Source: Azolla caroliniana (lineage: Eukaryota; Plantae; Polypodiophyta). From it: DNA of 64,000 nt. This document shows, one piece after another, positions 24,385 to 39,212 of this stretch. The stretch covers positions 7,316,001 to 7,380,000 of the forward strand of contig JBHGNT010000009.1 of NCBI GenBank assembly GCA_043228905.1, written 5' to 3'. The notes below the pieces were generated by a model. The model was not told the origin of the DNA. It was given only the letters and a program-made list of their open reading frames with translations, and did no database searches. The position numbers were made by a program, and so were the translations under genes. Numbering within the stretch: position 1 is the first letter of the stretch; every line of letters begins with the position of its first letter.

Positions 24385-26195
24385 GAAGATTCTCGCCTGG
24401 TTATGAAAGAAGGAAAAGAGCCCAATTTCCCTCCTGTTTCTATACAATGTACAACCAGTACTACGAACTTCTACATACCTAGGTGGGAGGCACCTATTTG
24501 AATATGCAATCAAGGCTTCATTTTGTCAGGTTTTGGGAAAGAAAGAGAGACAAATGACCCACTTCCAGTTCATGTTTTTTTTTTTGCATACATCGTTTAA
24601 CCATTATGAGGTTTATTAGGGTTTATCGTTTAAGGTTCACATGGTTCTTAAATTAGGTAATATCTTTGACGTAATTGTCTCCTTAGCACAAGAGTAACTA
24701 AATTTCTCTCTCTAAATATACACAAATCCTGGTTCTCTATCTACAGCCATGGGGACTATCACCTTTAGCTTATGCTATGTTGATACACCTAACTACTCTA
24801 TGAAGAGTTAATCAAGCCTAGAGGAAACTTGTTACCCCTTTGTGGTGTAGTTATTGCATGCGTGTATCTGCAACAGTTGAGTTAATTGCACTGGGACACA
24901 AATTTGTTAAGAATATCTCTTCTTTTGCGTGCTATATGTTATGCCATGTTTTGTTCATGGATCTCTTTCAAATTGTGGGCTTACAGTCACAGCCGTGGAC
25001 AGTGGAAGAAAAGCTTTGGAAGTACTTGACTCTGTAAACAACAATGTAATGTTTAAACTCTATTTCTATTGGCAATATGAGCACAGATTTCTTTGTTCTT
25101 TTATTTCCTCTTTGGAGAGTTCATTGATTTTGCTTAACTACAACAAGTGAGTCTTTTATCAAAAGCAAAATAACTTTTTATTTTTATTTTTAAACAGATT
25201 GATTTGATATTTACTGATTACTGTATGCCGGAGATGTCAGGGTACAAGCTTCTTCGACAAATCAAGGTAGTTTTCCATTATTTTGTTGTTATGTCTTGAT
25301 TATTAAAATCCTTGCTAATTATTTCATTGGCCTGGATGTGATTTTCATTCATCACGTCATCTCATTGCAGGAGTCGAATGTGTATGGAGATATACCTGTC
25401 GTAATAATGTCATCTGAAAATGTTCCAAGCCGCATTGAAAGGTGAGATAATAAAATATAAAATTGATTAATTTATTATTGTCTTTATCTGTCACATTTTC
25501 ATGGTTATTTATTGCTTGTTTCAATAATGTCTGTAGATGTTGATATTCTAAGCTTTATGAAAGTGTGTAAATGTTGTTTCGATATTTTTTTTAGGTGTGA
25601 ACATTTTGAACTTTGTGAATGTTTTCTACTGCTTGTTTCAATAGTTTGTTTGGATGCTGTATTTTGAACTTTATGACAGTGTTTATAATGTTGTTACCAT
25701 TGCTTACTGTTGTATTTCAAATCTCAAAACATGAACAATCTTTATGAAGATTAGACAGATAGAGCCATCACATTAGACTTGAACCGACAACCTTAAATTG
25801 TTATTAAAGCATAAGCTTTACCACTAGTGACATACATCTTCATGTATATACTTTTTAGCTTAAGCATAAGCTGTACCACTATAAATTATGATTTTGTTAT
25901 GGGATATATAAAATCATTTCTTTCATATTGCATGTTAGCATTTACTGTCTTGCTTCTTTTTTATTTCTCATGGATCTCCAGATGTTTGAAGGATGGAGCG
26001 GAGGAGTTCATTTTAAAGCCAGTATGTGCAGCTGATGCACGAAAGCTATCCTCATTTGTGCATAATAAGCCACTGAAGCTGCAGAGCACTGTGGAGCAAC
26101 CCCCCTCTGTCATATCCAAAAATAAAAGGAAGTTTTCCTCTGATGGATTTCAAACAGAAGCGAGGCTGAGATTAAGTGGTGTTATTGTTGCTTGA
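24061..26195 (+). CDS. Type-A two-component response regulator (cytokinin signalling, ARR-like), 219 aa
   Basis: Exons 24061-24307, 24987-25045, 25198-25266, 25371-25441 and 25982-26195, all GT-AG, total 660 nt in frame; receiver motifs HVLVVDD, TDYCMPEMSGY, IPVVIMSSENVPSRI and GAEEFILKPV; short C-terminus with no Myb domain. Confidence 0.95.
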
Positions 26196-28150
26196 GAAGT
26201 TTTGAGAAAGCCCAACGAGGTATTCAATAAAGTCCTTCGATTCAATTCCTCTGTTTTCAATATTTATCGGCATTTGTTGAAGAAAAAAGTGCCATTCTGG
26301 TATGGACACCAAGAGCATGGAGACGAAAGTCTCTATGTTAATGTCAGATGCTTCCCACGTGCTGAAATTGGACTAGAAACGAGAATGAAATTCATTCGAA
26401 TGCACACTTTGTACAATAACTAAAGCAATGTGCCAAAGTTCAAATTGCTACATTAAATGTGTGAAAATCTTTAGGACGCACATTTGATGATGTTGACAGT
26501 TGGAATAGGAGAGATTGTTTTGCATTATTTATTTTATACTTGACCTGTATATCTACCTCATTGTCTAGATGGTTTGTTCTTTTTATATGCAATTAAATGA
26601 TGTTTGACCATTGATAACATTAGTTTCCATCATTGAAATGGGTATTTCATCGTTGCTATTTGCCGTCTTGTATGTACACATTTTGCCCCACTGTGTACAT
26701 AAAAGTTTTGACTAAATCGTATCATGTGAAATGGTGGGAAATGCATTTCGTGTGAAATACTTCATTCTGTCTATTTGGATGTAAATGGCACCCATTTTCT
26801 TCCACATAGGATTATGATTCTTAGTTTCTTGCATGTCATGATCCAAATTGAGTCAAGAGGTTTTATTTAGCTAGGCAACCTTTTTATCAGTAATGCGCTA
26901 GATATCATTGCAAAGTAGTGAAGAATGGCAATTAAGGGAATGGTTAATCAAGAGAATATGATGTGAATCATTAGTATATATAAATATAAGAAAACGAGTA
27001 GTTAGTAGTAAGGGTTTGCTATAGATGGATTGTGGCACATGGAGGGACTTGAAGGTAACATTGTCTACTAGAAATAGAGTATTACAAGAACATGAGCAAG
27101 GGAGGTACACAAATTTGTTTAATTTAGAAATTGCATTCAGAAGTGGAAGGTAGGAACACCTATTTATTTCAGGTATTGTGTTCACCTCCAAGTTGGTAGC
27201 TTCATGTAATTACGATTCCTCAATGTTGAGGATCCCTTTCAAAATTGGGTAGGTCATGCGAGGAATAGGAGAGTGGTATGGCACGACATCAAAAACTTTA
27301 TCCCAAGACAAACAAAATGTAGTTCTAATCAAAGCAATAACATGATATAGTTACATGGGAGAAACATGTACGAGACAAAAGGATTTGAACTCCTAATCTC
27401 CAAGCATGTAATAACCATACGACATCAAAAAATATGTAGAAGAGAAAGTGTATGATCCCAATGAAATAATTATTTTCACCATATTGAGACTCACAAATGC
27501 AACATGTCTATTTTGTGATTCAATCTCCCCAAAATTGACCCACGTTCTCTGAAGAGTGTATGTAACTATTATGTGATATCACAGTAATTAGTACTTCATT
27601 TACATAAAAAAGAGGGATTTATGGAGATGATTACTCCGGATCATCACATTTGCAATGACAGCCAAGGGGGGGGGGGGGGGGGGGGAACTCATAGAATTTG
27701 CAAAATGAATAATTTTGTGAACGAGCAACTCAATCGGATTTTCTCTGATTGACGGTATTGTCAACATTGTTTGATATCAAGTATCATTGGATATATCCCC
27801 AAAGAATATTCCGGGAGAGATGGTTCCAGTGAGATTGACATATATTAGTGTTACTAGAGGCCAAAATCGACAATCCGAGTGGAATCATGGTTTACAATAT
27901 ATATGTATTTGAGTAGTGCAATTTGGATGATCCGAATTGGGATCGAGACAAAAGCAACAATAAGTAGCTCTCTGTCTCTTAAGTGTCCATTATAATAATG
28001 ATGATGTTAAGGAGTGTCGGGTGGGGCCTTCCTGTGGAATATACCATTCTCGAGAATGTCCGGCCGATTCCAAGGCCCATCTCTCTCATTCTTGAGGTTT
28101 TGAAAAGAGAACCCAAGAAACGTGAAAATACTGAGATTTGAACCCAAGAC

Positions 28151-28152
<2 letters not shown>

Positions 28153-28209
<57 letters not shown>
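28153..28209. repeat. (GA)n microsatellite upstream of the hydrolase gene
   Basis: Directly visible. Confidence 0.9.
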
Positions 28210-28213
<4 letters not shown>

Positions 28214-28288
28214 GAACACGTAAAGATGCATTAAGAATTTTGTTCCTCAAAATAGAAGCAAATTGCTTTTCTGATCGCGTTTGTTTCC

Positions 28289-31200
28289 ATGAAACCTCTG
28301 TTTCTTCTTCTTCTTCTTCTTCTTCTTCTTCTTTTTGTACCCGTCTTTTTCTTCTTCTGTTCTGTGGGTCGGGTAGCCTCTGCCATCGCCGTCGTTTCCA
28401 TAAGCACTGTAGTAGTAGCCTTTTTTAACATTCCAAGCCTAAGAATTGCAACAGCAAAAACCCTGGGGTCCAAGTGTAGCTCATTAAGATGCTCTTTGGA
28501 TTCGAACATTTCAGGTTTGATTGTTGATGATGCTAATGCTGATGCTGATGCTGATCCCCCTCACCATCTCGTTATCATGGTCAATGGCATCTTTGGCAGG
28601 TCTTTTTTCCTCTCTCTCTCTCTCTCTCTATCTTTGACCTCCGAAGACGATAATATAATCTATCTATCTATCTATCTTTCGATGTATGAAAGTGTGTCTG
28701 ATGTATGAAGGGATGTATATGCACGCGGGCAATGCATATATGTGTGTGCAATGCGTATGCAGGCTACATGGGTATGAATGTGTGTGTAGCCTATGTGAGT
28801 ACTGATGTTTATGTTCTGTACGTGGGTATGGATCTGCACGAGATATATCTCATGCTCTCAAACACCCTCCCGTATGCCTGTAAGTCATGATTCTGCCGAA
28901 TGCTGGGGGAAATTTTCTTTATCTTCCATTTTCATCCCTGAAGAACATGAAATTAAGCTAAATTGGCACATGTCCATAGAATTTTATAGAATATTGTTGG
29001 GCCAGAAAGGTTAAAAATTTAACTAGAGAATGATGACGCCTTTTTCCCAAACACCACACCAAAACACTATTTATGTTCACTTCTAGTTCCCAATGTTATT
29101 GTTAAAATTGAATTACTTTGTCGAGCCTGGAAACTTTGTTTTCAACCATTCTTTCTAGTTAAGAACATGAACTATTTTTTCTATATATAAATTTTCATGA
29201 AGAAAACAATAGGATATTTTATCAGCTTTTTATTATATTCAGTACATTCCATTCAGTTTGACTCATATATTTTTCAAGTGTGCAATTCCATGTCTGTAAT
29301 GTAGTAGACTCTGCACTTTGCTCATATATTTCATGATACAGCTCTTGAAGGATGAATTCTTAATATAAAACAATGCCAAGTATTAGAGTAGTTAGAACAG
29401 AGCCACTGTTGAACTTCGATTGATCATAATCTATATTAGGGCCAAAAGAACTCCCATGAGATTTTGCCACTTTGATATTCCCATTGTGGATCAGGATGTA
29501 AACATTATGGGGTTTCTCTAGGATTGGTGGACCATACCTACTATGTATGTTCGTTTGTGTTATAATGCTGGCATGTCAGATACAAGAAGTCTGTTAACCC
29601 TTCCTGAATGGGAATTCCATTGTAGCCATGCTATTATTTGAACCTTGCCCTTAGGGTTCTTGGGTATGAACCCTTATCAATTAGACTCTGCCCCTGGTGG
29701 GTTTTCTGCCAACATTTTGGATTACTTAATTGGATTTTCTTAGTTGCATTACTGTGGCGACCATCTATTATCCTGGATTGCAGAGGCTCCGAAATGCTTT
29801 ATTTGAAAAAACTGGAGGTCAATGAGTGAAGTCTATCACATTGTTAGATATGCATTTTCAAGATATTCCCATTACCTTTGAAGATGTTCCCAGCATAGGG
29901 AGAGGATGGAAATTTAAACAACTAGGGGATGGATGGAAATGGCAATAGCTAGGAGGGGGTCCTGACTCTTCTCTGTGTGGATATGAGTTAAGTCAAATTC
30001 AACCAAAACAATGGAATGTACTTTCTGGTTTCTTTGTTTTGCATAAAGTAACCTTTGGAGAAACTCAAGACTCATATATGGAAGGATGGTGAGGTTGTAA
30101 CATGAACAAGCATACGGGGAAACTATGCATTATAGAGTTACCATTATTGAATTAACATATGCACTAGCATTGGTTTTCTATGGTGCTGCAATGAAGAGAC
30201 TCTTAAACATTAGCTCAACTAAAATCTCAGAATAAATTTTGGAAAAATTTGGGATATTGCGATTTCCATGAATAGGGTTTTTTTTTCTGTGCTGAGTTCA
30301 TGACATTCATATGAAAAGAATTATTTTTGTGCTGATCATTAAGTTCTTTCCATATTTGTATACACATGCTCTTGGTTGCTATTAACTTAACAGAAATTGT
30401 TGTCAAAAGTGACATACTATATTAAACAAATTTGCTGAAAGTAGATTTCAAGTTGTTTAGTATTTTATATACAGTGCGAAGGACTGGAAGTTTGGATCCG
30501 AACAGTTCAAGTTAATGTTTGGAAACAAAGTTTTGGTTCATTGTAAGTTTAAACATCCAGAATATTCTATCTATTTGGACATCTTTAGCCTTTTAACTGA
30601 GGACCACGGAGCATTTAATCTGCAGGCAGTGCTCGCAATTATGCAACTCTCACAATAGATGGAGTTGATAAGATGGGTAATCGACTAGCAGAAGAGGTTA
30701 GAGTGAATGGAGCTTGATAGTGTTTGTTTTCGCCATCTCTTTCTGGTGGCCATTCTTGGTTCCTATGTGCATAACTTGTGAATGAAGCTGAATGAAAAAT
30801 TTAGTGCTCTTTTTTTGTTCTTTTTTCTTGTGCATAAAATGGCATATTATGTCCTCTCCTTGTATGAATATAGGTCCAAGAGATCATTGATGTTTCACCT
30901 GGATTGAAAAAAATATCTTTTGTTGCACATTCATTGGGTGGGCTGATTGCGAGATATACTATTGGGCAGCTTTATGTCCCACCTGATAGTAAGAACAGTG
31001 AAATTCGTGAGGAGAATGAGAATCCTTCGAAAGGAACAATTTATGGTCTGGAGCCTATGAATTTCATCACAGTTGCAACACCTCATCTTGGATCGAGAGG
31101 AAGTGGGCAGGTGAAGAACTCTCCCTAATTCTGAATCTATTAAGTTTGTACAGACGCTGTAAAAAAAGAACATTATAAATAAATAAATAACCAAAGTTTG

Positions 31201-34200
31201 ACGTAAATTGCTTCATCCTTTATCCCTCTGTATCCTAAACATGGACCAATTTGGATTTGAAAAATCTTTAAACTCTAAGATGCAGCGTTAAAGAGAAAAA
31301 TAATCAAAATTTCAACTTCTTCTTCTTCGTCTTATGCCCATTCCAAGTTATGAAAAGTATGTTTGTAACTATGAAGGGAAAAGGGTCCCAACATCGTAGC
31401 CACTACTCTAGTATAAGTAAACATGTAGTTGTACGATATATCTATTTTCACCTGGAAAAAAAATATAGCAATGGATTTTAATTGTGAGTACTTTGTATGG
31501 AAAGTTGTATCTAGTATTTGTGTTGGGATTTGTGCAAGAACAAGGCACAGAGATTACCTTTGTCTGGATTAGCTAAGATATCATTGCATTTAATTCTTGA
31601 ATACGTGTGAGAAATGTGTGCATGAATCTCTTTTTCATCTTTCTTGTCTGAAATTCAGAAGGCTGATGGCCCAAATATAACATTGACTGAAATATCCAAT
31701 GCTTGAACATTAGATTTCTTCTTGGATACTGATAGATCTGCTACCTGAGGTTGAATATTTTCTCGAGTATGAACAAGTACTGGAGATACTTTTGACTGAA
31801 TTTCCCAGCACTTCAATCACAATTAGATCTTGAAAGTTTCTGGTCATTCTGGTCAATGACCTTGTGAACGCACCATCTGGCATATACAGAGAGTGAAATA
31901 GATATATCATCAGGTCTAATAATCTCCCCCTATGACTCTGCAAATTTTGGAGGTTTTCTAAGAAGACTCAAGAAGAAAGAAAGATATATTAATGTCTCTG
32001 AAAGTCTATAATGGTCCATGAAACTTGATACAGATTTCAAATGTTTATGTCAAGTAGTTTTAACTTCCCGAAACTAAAGGGCCTGAATGTAACCATGATT
32101 AAACAACAATCACCTTCCCTGATTGTTGGAATTAGCTTCTTCAATGTTAGGTGTTGATGACTTTGATCTTATGCATATCAGGACCATAATCTTGGCTGGT
32201 GTGGGTTATGTCTGTGATAGAGAGGAATGGCCCTAGTTGTCATGACTCCCCGTAGTCATATTTAACAATCAGCAACGGTTCAGTTTGAGAGTGTCAAAAC
32301 CGAACTGTTTACAAATTTTAAAACTTGAACTGAACCATGAAACCATTTGACCTGAAACCGTTTAAAAAAATCCAAACCATTAAACTGTTAAAACCACAGT
32401 TTCGGTTTCCAATTTAGGTCAATATTCAAAATTAAAATTTTTAAAATTTTAAAGATTTTCCTAAAATGTGAGAATTAGGCTTAAAAATGACAATATTGTT
32501 TTAAAAATAAAATTTAAAAAAAACTTAAAAAACCATTAAACTGTTTAAACCGCGGTTTCTGGCTGTTGAAACCGAACCGAACTGTTTAACCCCCAGAACT
32601 GAACCAAAACGGATCTGTTTAAAAAAAATTGAACTTGAACTGAACGGAACCATTTAAACTGTTACATTGTTAAGCCGTGGTTTTGCGATTCTGTTCGGTT
32701 CAAACCGAACCATTGCTGAATGTTAATCATATTCCACTTTGGGTTGCTTGCATATTATGAACAATGTCCCTTGTAGTCTCCATACAGGAGATTTGCCAAA
32801 GTAATCTACCTAGTTGGATCAGTGAACATTGGGCTCTCCTGCAAGAGGCCCCCCTTTCTATGCCTTCTTATACCTAAGTTCTCTGCGTCAGTGAATTAGT
32901 GTGTCAAGGTCTTCCTTTAAGAGGCCTTTATTATGGTGGAGTTTGTAATTTAGACATATATTGGAGACTATACAATTGGAGAGGAGGAAGTTCCAGGAAA
33001 GAACAAGTTGAAGAAAGAGAATACAGCAATAAGAAAGAGGATTGGTTGCTGCAAGTAACAAACTGGAGCAATAATAGGTAAATAAGTAGCGCTGATATGA
33101 ACCACAGAAGCAAGGAAAGAGAACTGATATATATTTTTAGGACGTTAAAGTTAGAGATAACAAGAAATAGTAAAGAAACCTTGAAAAATGGAACTTCATA
33201 GAAACTTGATTAATATGTGCTTTCAAATGTCAGATTTCTCTAATGGAGAACTGAGATAGCATTATTTTGTTGGAAGCAGTGTCTCATTGCAAGATATGAG
33301 GTCATTTCAAATAAAATGTCATATAGATTCCAAAAGATGCCAACTTTATTTGTGAAAACCTTTGACATGCCTTCTACTGTATTAATTAAGGTTTGATAGA
33401 TCAACATAATGCTAATATTGAACTTGCAGCTTCCTCTTTTAGGTGGCTTAACATTTCTGGAAAGAGTTGCTGTATTGAGTGCACATATCTTGCTGGGGAG
33501 AACTGGACGACACTTGTTCCTAACTGATGGTAATGTGTCACAACCTCCACTTCTTCAAAGAATGGTTACGGATTCTGCTGAAGGAAAATTCCTGTTAGTA
33601 TCATGATACACTGTCCTAACAATCGGAATGTAAAGTCTCAAATGATTTAGCAATAAACTCCAAATGATATTGTACTGTAGATCTGCATTAGGAGCTTTTC
33701 AGCGGCGTGTGGCATATGGCAACATGAATAATGATTGTATCCTTTAATTCAAATAATTTCCTATGCTGGGCTTATGTTTCATTTCAAGGTTGATTTCATA
33801 AGGCGTTGTACCATGACATTATTAGACATGGTAGGATGGAGAACAGCTACACTGCGACGGCTGAATGAGGTACATGAGGTAATCTTTAAAGTTTTTATAC
33901 TCTTAAGATGTAACTTCATATATGTCCATATATTTATATATATGTGTATTTATTTTTTGGAGTGACAGGTAAAAGGTGAACTAATTGACTTGAAGTACCC
34001 ACACATTATTAATGTAGAAAATGTCCCACCTCAGATGGAGTATACAGGAGAATCAGTATTAGATCAGATTGAAGGTATAGTACATAAATTCTTCTTTTGG
34101 ATGTATACATGAGAATCAACCTTTGATCTGATTGAAGATGCTGCATAAATTGCTTCTTTTGCTTGTGTCATGACCAGGAGAGATATAAATGAACAAGTAT

Positions 34201-36134
34201 AATATGTACAGAAAATGTCAAAATTCCCATATCTTGTTGGTAAATACTCCTTGAGTTTCAAAAACTATAGCAGGATATCTCTCTGTACACAAAGTTTACC
34301 AGCCTATTGGGATATAGGGATAGTTTGGTAATATCGGAAAGTAGATGGAGATAGTAGGCAGGGCTTTAAGTGGCTCTTTGAGAGAATTAATGTTACTTTG
34401 TCCAAAGATGACACGAATCTTGAATCTTATCCCTTGCAGAAGAGATGATATCTGGATTGAGGAACCTCTCTTGGCAACGTGTAGATGTGAACTTCACGTC
34501 GCCTCAAAAACTTGCTGCACACAGCACAATTCAGGCATGAACTTGTCTCAGAAGTGAAAAATCTCATATTTTTCTTGAATGCTATTTTTTTGCCAAAATC
34601 TGTTTTTTTTTTGCATTCTCTTTTTATCCTGCCCTTATTGAAAACTTAAAATTCTCTATAGAGTTTTAAGTTAGTTTTCAATTCTCTATAGAATTTTACG
34701 TTTTCAATAAGGGCATGTGAGATTTTATCTTCCCTTTGAGACAAATGGGATACAAATGTAACAAAGGGTATGTTAGAATTTTGGTTTTGTCGTGTGAGAT
34801 TTTCTCTTCCCTTCCAGAAAAATGTGATACAAATGCCTACTGAAAATTGAAATTCCCAATCATTGGCCTAAACTATGTTCATTTCTTCATTTCTCATGCA
34901 ATATGCTATAAGAAATCTGAGCTTTGGAAAATATGGAATGTGTCTAAGACCTCTTCACTAGCCTCTATGTCTCTCCTTTTTTCATTTTTTACTCCTTACT
35001 AGGGTTGTACCGTAGTGGTAAGTGAAAGTTTTTACCAACCTACCAACCCATGCAAATGGGTTCAAATCTCACTATTATCTACTAGTAGATACCACCTCTA
35101 GAATGTGGGGGTTGAATGCATGAACTTGTGTTCTCGGACAACATTAGCAAAAGTAGGCCATGTCCATTTGAACCACAGCCTCATCGCCCTTGTTAATGAA
35201 AAATCAAGGCCATCATAACTTGATACTGAAGGAAGTAGCGAAGATGCTTTCTTTGCGTTGAAGATAATTTGAAAGCACAAGTTTCAGTCGATCTAAGTTC
35301 AGAAGGTTAAAGTGCTTGGCTAAGGAGATTATCTGGTTTCTTAGGAAGTTTTAAAGTTGAGTAAATATACTTTATTTTCGTTTGTTGTTTTCAAAGATGA
35401 GACGACATTTAAATATGTCATATGGTATCTTCATTTAGTCTGCTTCATCTGATATATCATTTTCTCAGATGGCGAAGATCCAGTAGGGGGTAAGTAGGAC
35501 CAAGAATCTGAAATGAAACATGGAAATCCCAAAACTTGCTGAACCACGAAACTTATCTCTTGTTAAAAATTCTATATGAAAGAGAACTCATTTCGTCTAA
35601 TGGAGGGTGACATGCAAACAAAAGAATTATAAAAAGTTTAAATGTTCATATCCTAATCATTGAACAATGTACAAGTACCATGTATGTAGATGAAGTTGTG
35701 AACTATACTAGAAAATGTTCACTAATGGAGAACTTTGGAACACCACATATTTTACCCACGAAGCTATATTTCTGGACCATATTACATTCAGATCTTGAAA
35801 ATGATTTAACTATTGATGATAGAAAGTTGTGGTATGTGCCCTCTATATTGAGACTACCATGTGAATTAGAAGTTGCTATAGAAGTAAAGCTAAAAGGGAG
35901 GAAATCAGGTTCAAGTGAGATGAATGATCTTAACCACAAAAAAACCTCTATTTATAATTTTGCAAGCTTTTGAACAAGAGTATATGCGTAAACAACATTT
36001 GTCAAATATATGATATTTATTGGAGTGAAGCTTCTAGTTCTCTTGTTTTTTGTATGGTACAGGTGAAAATCTATTGGATGCATTCTGATGGGGTTGATGT
36101 TATCGCTCACATTGTTGACAACTTCATGACATGA
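28289..36134 (+). CDS. DUF676 family putative lipase / serine esterase (alpha/beta hydrolase)
   Basis: Exons 28289(start uncertain)-28599, 30475-30542, 30626-30696, 30874-31110, 33430-33593, 33681-33736, 33826-33878, 33969-34074, 34440-34534 and 36063-36134; motifs HLVIMVNGIFGS, TIDGVDKMGNRLA, SFVAHSLGGL, FITVATPHLGS, GRTGRHLFLTD, MVGWRT, WQRVDV, AHSTIQVK. Confidence 0.92.
32263..32725. mobile_element. hAT-type MITE in intron 4 of the DUF676 gene
   Basis: About 25-bp TIR TAACAATCAGCAACGGTTCAGTTTGA / TCAAACCGAACCATTGCTGAATGTTA; 8-bp TSD GTCATATT/ATCATATT. Confidence 0.85.
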
Positions 36135-36391
36135 TGAAAAAATGCTTACGCTTTGTTGATTGTGGTGTGGGTATCAAGTAATTGTTCCAATCATGGTTTT
36201 ATGTTCTTTGTAATGACTACTAAGCTTTGTATGAAAGAGAATCGTTATGGTTTTAACAAATCATTTTCTTCTTGTGTATTGAATGGTTAAGAGTTTTGAG
36301 TTTCAAGTCTCATTACCAATTATAATGCTATACCTCATGCATTAAGATTATTATTATGGTGTTTAGAAAACCTAAAGCTTTACTTTTTGGC

Positions 36392-37080
36392 TATCAATGG
36401 GCCCGGTTTGGTTTGGGTTCTTGGCCTTGAAACCAAACCAAACCATTTATTCATAATAAAAACCGAACCAAATTGTTTAAAATTTATAAAGCCATTTAAA
36501 CCAAACTGTTTACAGTTGAACCTTTAAACCAAACTGTTTAAAAAATAGGAGAAACCAAATCGTTTACGGAAAATTTAGAACCAAACCAAACTGGTTGATC
36601 ATAAATCAAAACCAAACCATGTTTTATTGATATTGATCATCATACTTATTATAAATTCGTGTGAGAAAATCATTATAATTTTGTTCATTATATTTATCAT
36701 AAATTTGGTCATCATACTTATCATAAATTTGATTATCATACTTATTATATTTGATCATCATAAATAAATATAATGTATATAAAATTTAATAAGTTAAAAC
36801 TAGGGTTTAAAATTAAAAGTTGAAAGTTAGAGCCTATAAGGAAAATTTAGGAGTATTTTTTAACCTATAAACCTTTAAATCGAATCACATAAATTGAAAT
36901 TGATAAGCCGATAAATTGCTAAACCATGAAATTCGAAATTGAACCGAATTGAATTGAACTAAACCGAATCGAAACCGATTAGTAACATTTGAAACCAAAC
37001 CAAATTGTTTATTTATCTTTGAACCTATAAACTGTTGAGCCACGGTTTAACGGTTCGAGCTAAAACCGAGCCCATTACTA
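36392..37080. mobile_element. hAT-type MITE downstream of the DUF676 gene
   Basis: TIR TATCAATGGGCCCGGTTT / AAACCGAGCCCATTACTA; 8-bp TSD TTTTTGGC/TTTTTGAC; AAACC repeats. Confidence 0.82.
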
Positions 37081-38460
37081 TTTTTGACTAGAGATCAATT
37101 AAGTTGGTATCTTTTGTAATTGAGATTAGGTTGATTTTGGTGTGTGCTAGATGTTAATGTCTTTCTCTCCCTCTTTGATTTTGCATTGATGAATTGGAAG
37201 AAATGGTTGCCACGTTTGTAAAGAAAGGGGGTTAAGAAGTTGCCATTGGGAATGTTGTCATTATGCTTTTGTTATATACAGATGATATAGTGTTTTTTGT
37301 AAATACTTTAGAAGATACACAAAAGCTTATGAAGACATTTAAATTTTTTTGCATGCATACTAGATTAAATGTCAACAGCTCTAAAACAAAGATTATGCTT
37401 GTGAAGAACTAAAAAAATAGGTAAACCATCCTTTATGTACAATAATGAACCACTTGATCGTGTGAAAAGCTTCATAGATGGAATTAATGTGCTACATGCC
37501 ATTTAGAGGCGGGCGGGCATGAGAGCATATTATGAATTTGATTACACATGCAATCATGAAGATATTAAATGTTGGGTCCTCAAGAAATATCTTTTTGACA
37601 CTTTGGTGGCATTGGTGATTCTTTATGGGGTTAGAAGTATGAGTGGTAGCATCCTTGAATCTACATGAAAAGAGTTTGAAAATGTTCAAAAATATTTTCT
37701 TATAAACTTTCTACAAATTAAGAAATAAACATCGTACACCCTCCTCCTTGAGACGGGATCTCTTCTTATTGAGATCATGGCTATGGAAAGGTGATTTATT
37801 ACATGCTTAAGGTTCAAAAAAGTCCATCATGTTGACTTCTTAGAATTGAGTGAGAAACAAACAAAAAGCTCTAAAAGACGCATAAAAGCAAAATTTTGTG
37901 TTTCATTTGGATGCAAGATATAAACATATGTTTGGTAGATGGGATGCAATAAATTTATTTCACAATGCATTAGTAGATTCCTCTATAAATGAGGCCTTTT
38001 TGTAACTTCAATGTATCATGATATGAGACAAATGTGGAGGCTCATGCTTCACAAATTATACTACACTTGTTGCACCAAATTACAAAACCATATTCTTCTC
38101 GAAATGGGGAAACCGTACACATCGAACCATTGTGTCCATGTGACTTATGTCACATGCATTGTGATGTGAGACGAAGCATTGAGGCACAAGTGATGAGAGT
38201 GGTTAACTATGCACACTTTGCCTTAAAAACAAGTTCAAGAGTTTGAGTATCACTCTTTGATACAATGCTCTACCTTTGATCATGTTCAACCATGCTTTCC
38301 ACACATTCAATCAAGCCCAATCCTTGCACAAATTTCTTTCACAACCACAATGTGCACTCTTGATTTCAACATTCGTTGGTGAGTTCTTAAACATTGAGAG
38401 TTGCTAATCACTTTCACATATATCATGGGTCATATTTGACCTTCGAAGATGAAAATAGAA

Positions 38461-38492
<32 letters not shown>

Positions 38493-38994
38493 AATAATAA
38501 CGTATCAATCGCAAAAATCAAATTACAATTGATGGAAAATCAATAAGGTTTCCCATGGCATCCTCGTCTCTATCTAGATAATTCCATCAAAATGAACCTA
38601 TATAGTTCCATATGATAATGGTCATTGCTACAAATCCCTAATTCCTCGCGTGACAACCTTCTTAAAGTTTCTAACATGGGAAATTGCCACAACATTATGC
38701 TTTTTAATAATCTAATGTGTCTTTGAACCTCATAATGAGCATAAGAAACAAATGCATTTTGCATTTGCCAATTATGCCATAATCCCCGATTTCCTAGTCA
38801 TTGAATGTGTCTTTGAATCGCATATTGAGCATGGCAACAATGGTGAATAATATGCTATGTAAGAATCATGATTGATTCGACAACTTTTAATCAACATGAA
38901 ACATGAAACAACCAAGTTTTTGATTTCCAATACATAAAGTTCTCTACAACTCTGAGTGAAAATCCGGTCACATAATTATGTGAAATATTCTTTG

Positions 38995-39033
<39 letters not shown>

Positions 39034-39212
39034 CTCTTCATTTATGTGCTATGAAAAGAAGGGGTGGCATGTTTGATGAAGAGGGGATTAGAAAATTGTG
39101 TCTATTGCCAAAGATGATGAGCATAAGCACAATGTTTGACTTAAAATAATGACACCAACTAACATTTTGACTTTTGTAGTTGGATGTTACATCTCTCATC
39201 ATGATTATAATA

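Noticed and set aside
23986-24501. 171-aa single-exon ORF as the response regulator
   Set aside because: It is exon 1 read through into intron microsatellites; the spliced model from ATG 24061 gives the complete receiver domain
27666-27685. G20 homopolymer as a functional G-quadruplex
   Set aside because: No supporting context; an ordinary homopolymer whose length may be a sequencing artefact
35002-35073. tRNA gene or SINE head in the last DUF676 intron (similar weak motifs near 25776 and 55846)
   Set aside because: A- and B-box-like words are present but no cloverleaf, tail or TSD could be established
37100-39200. Coding or transposase sequence downstream of the DUF676 gene
   Set aside because: No recognisable motif, TIR or splice pattern by eye
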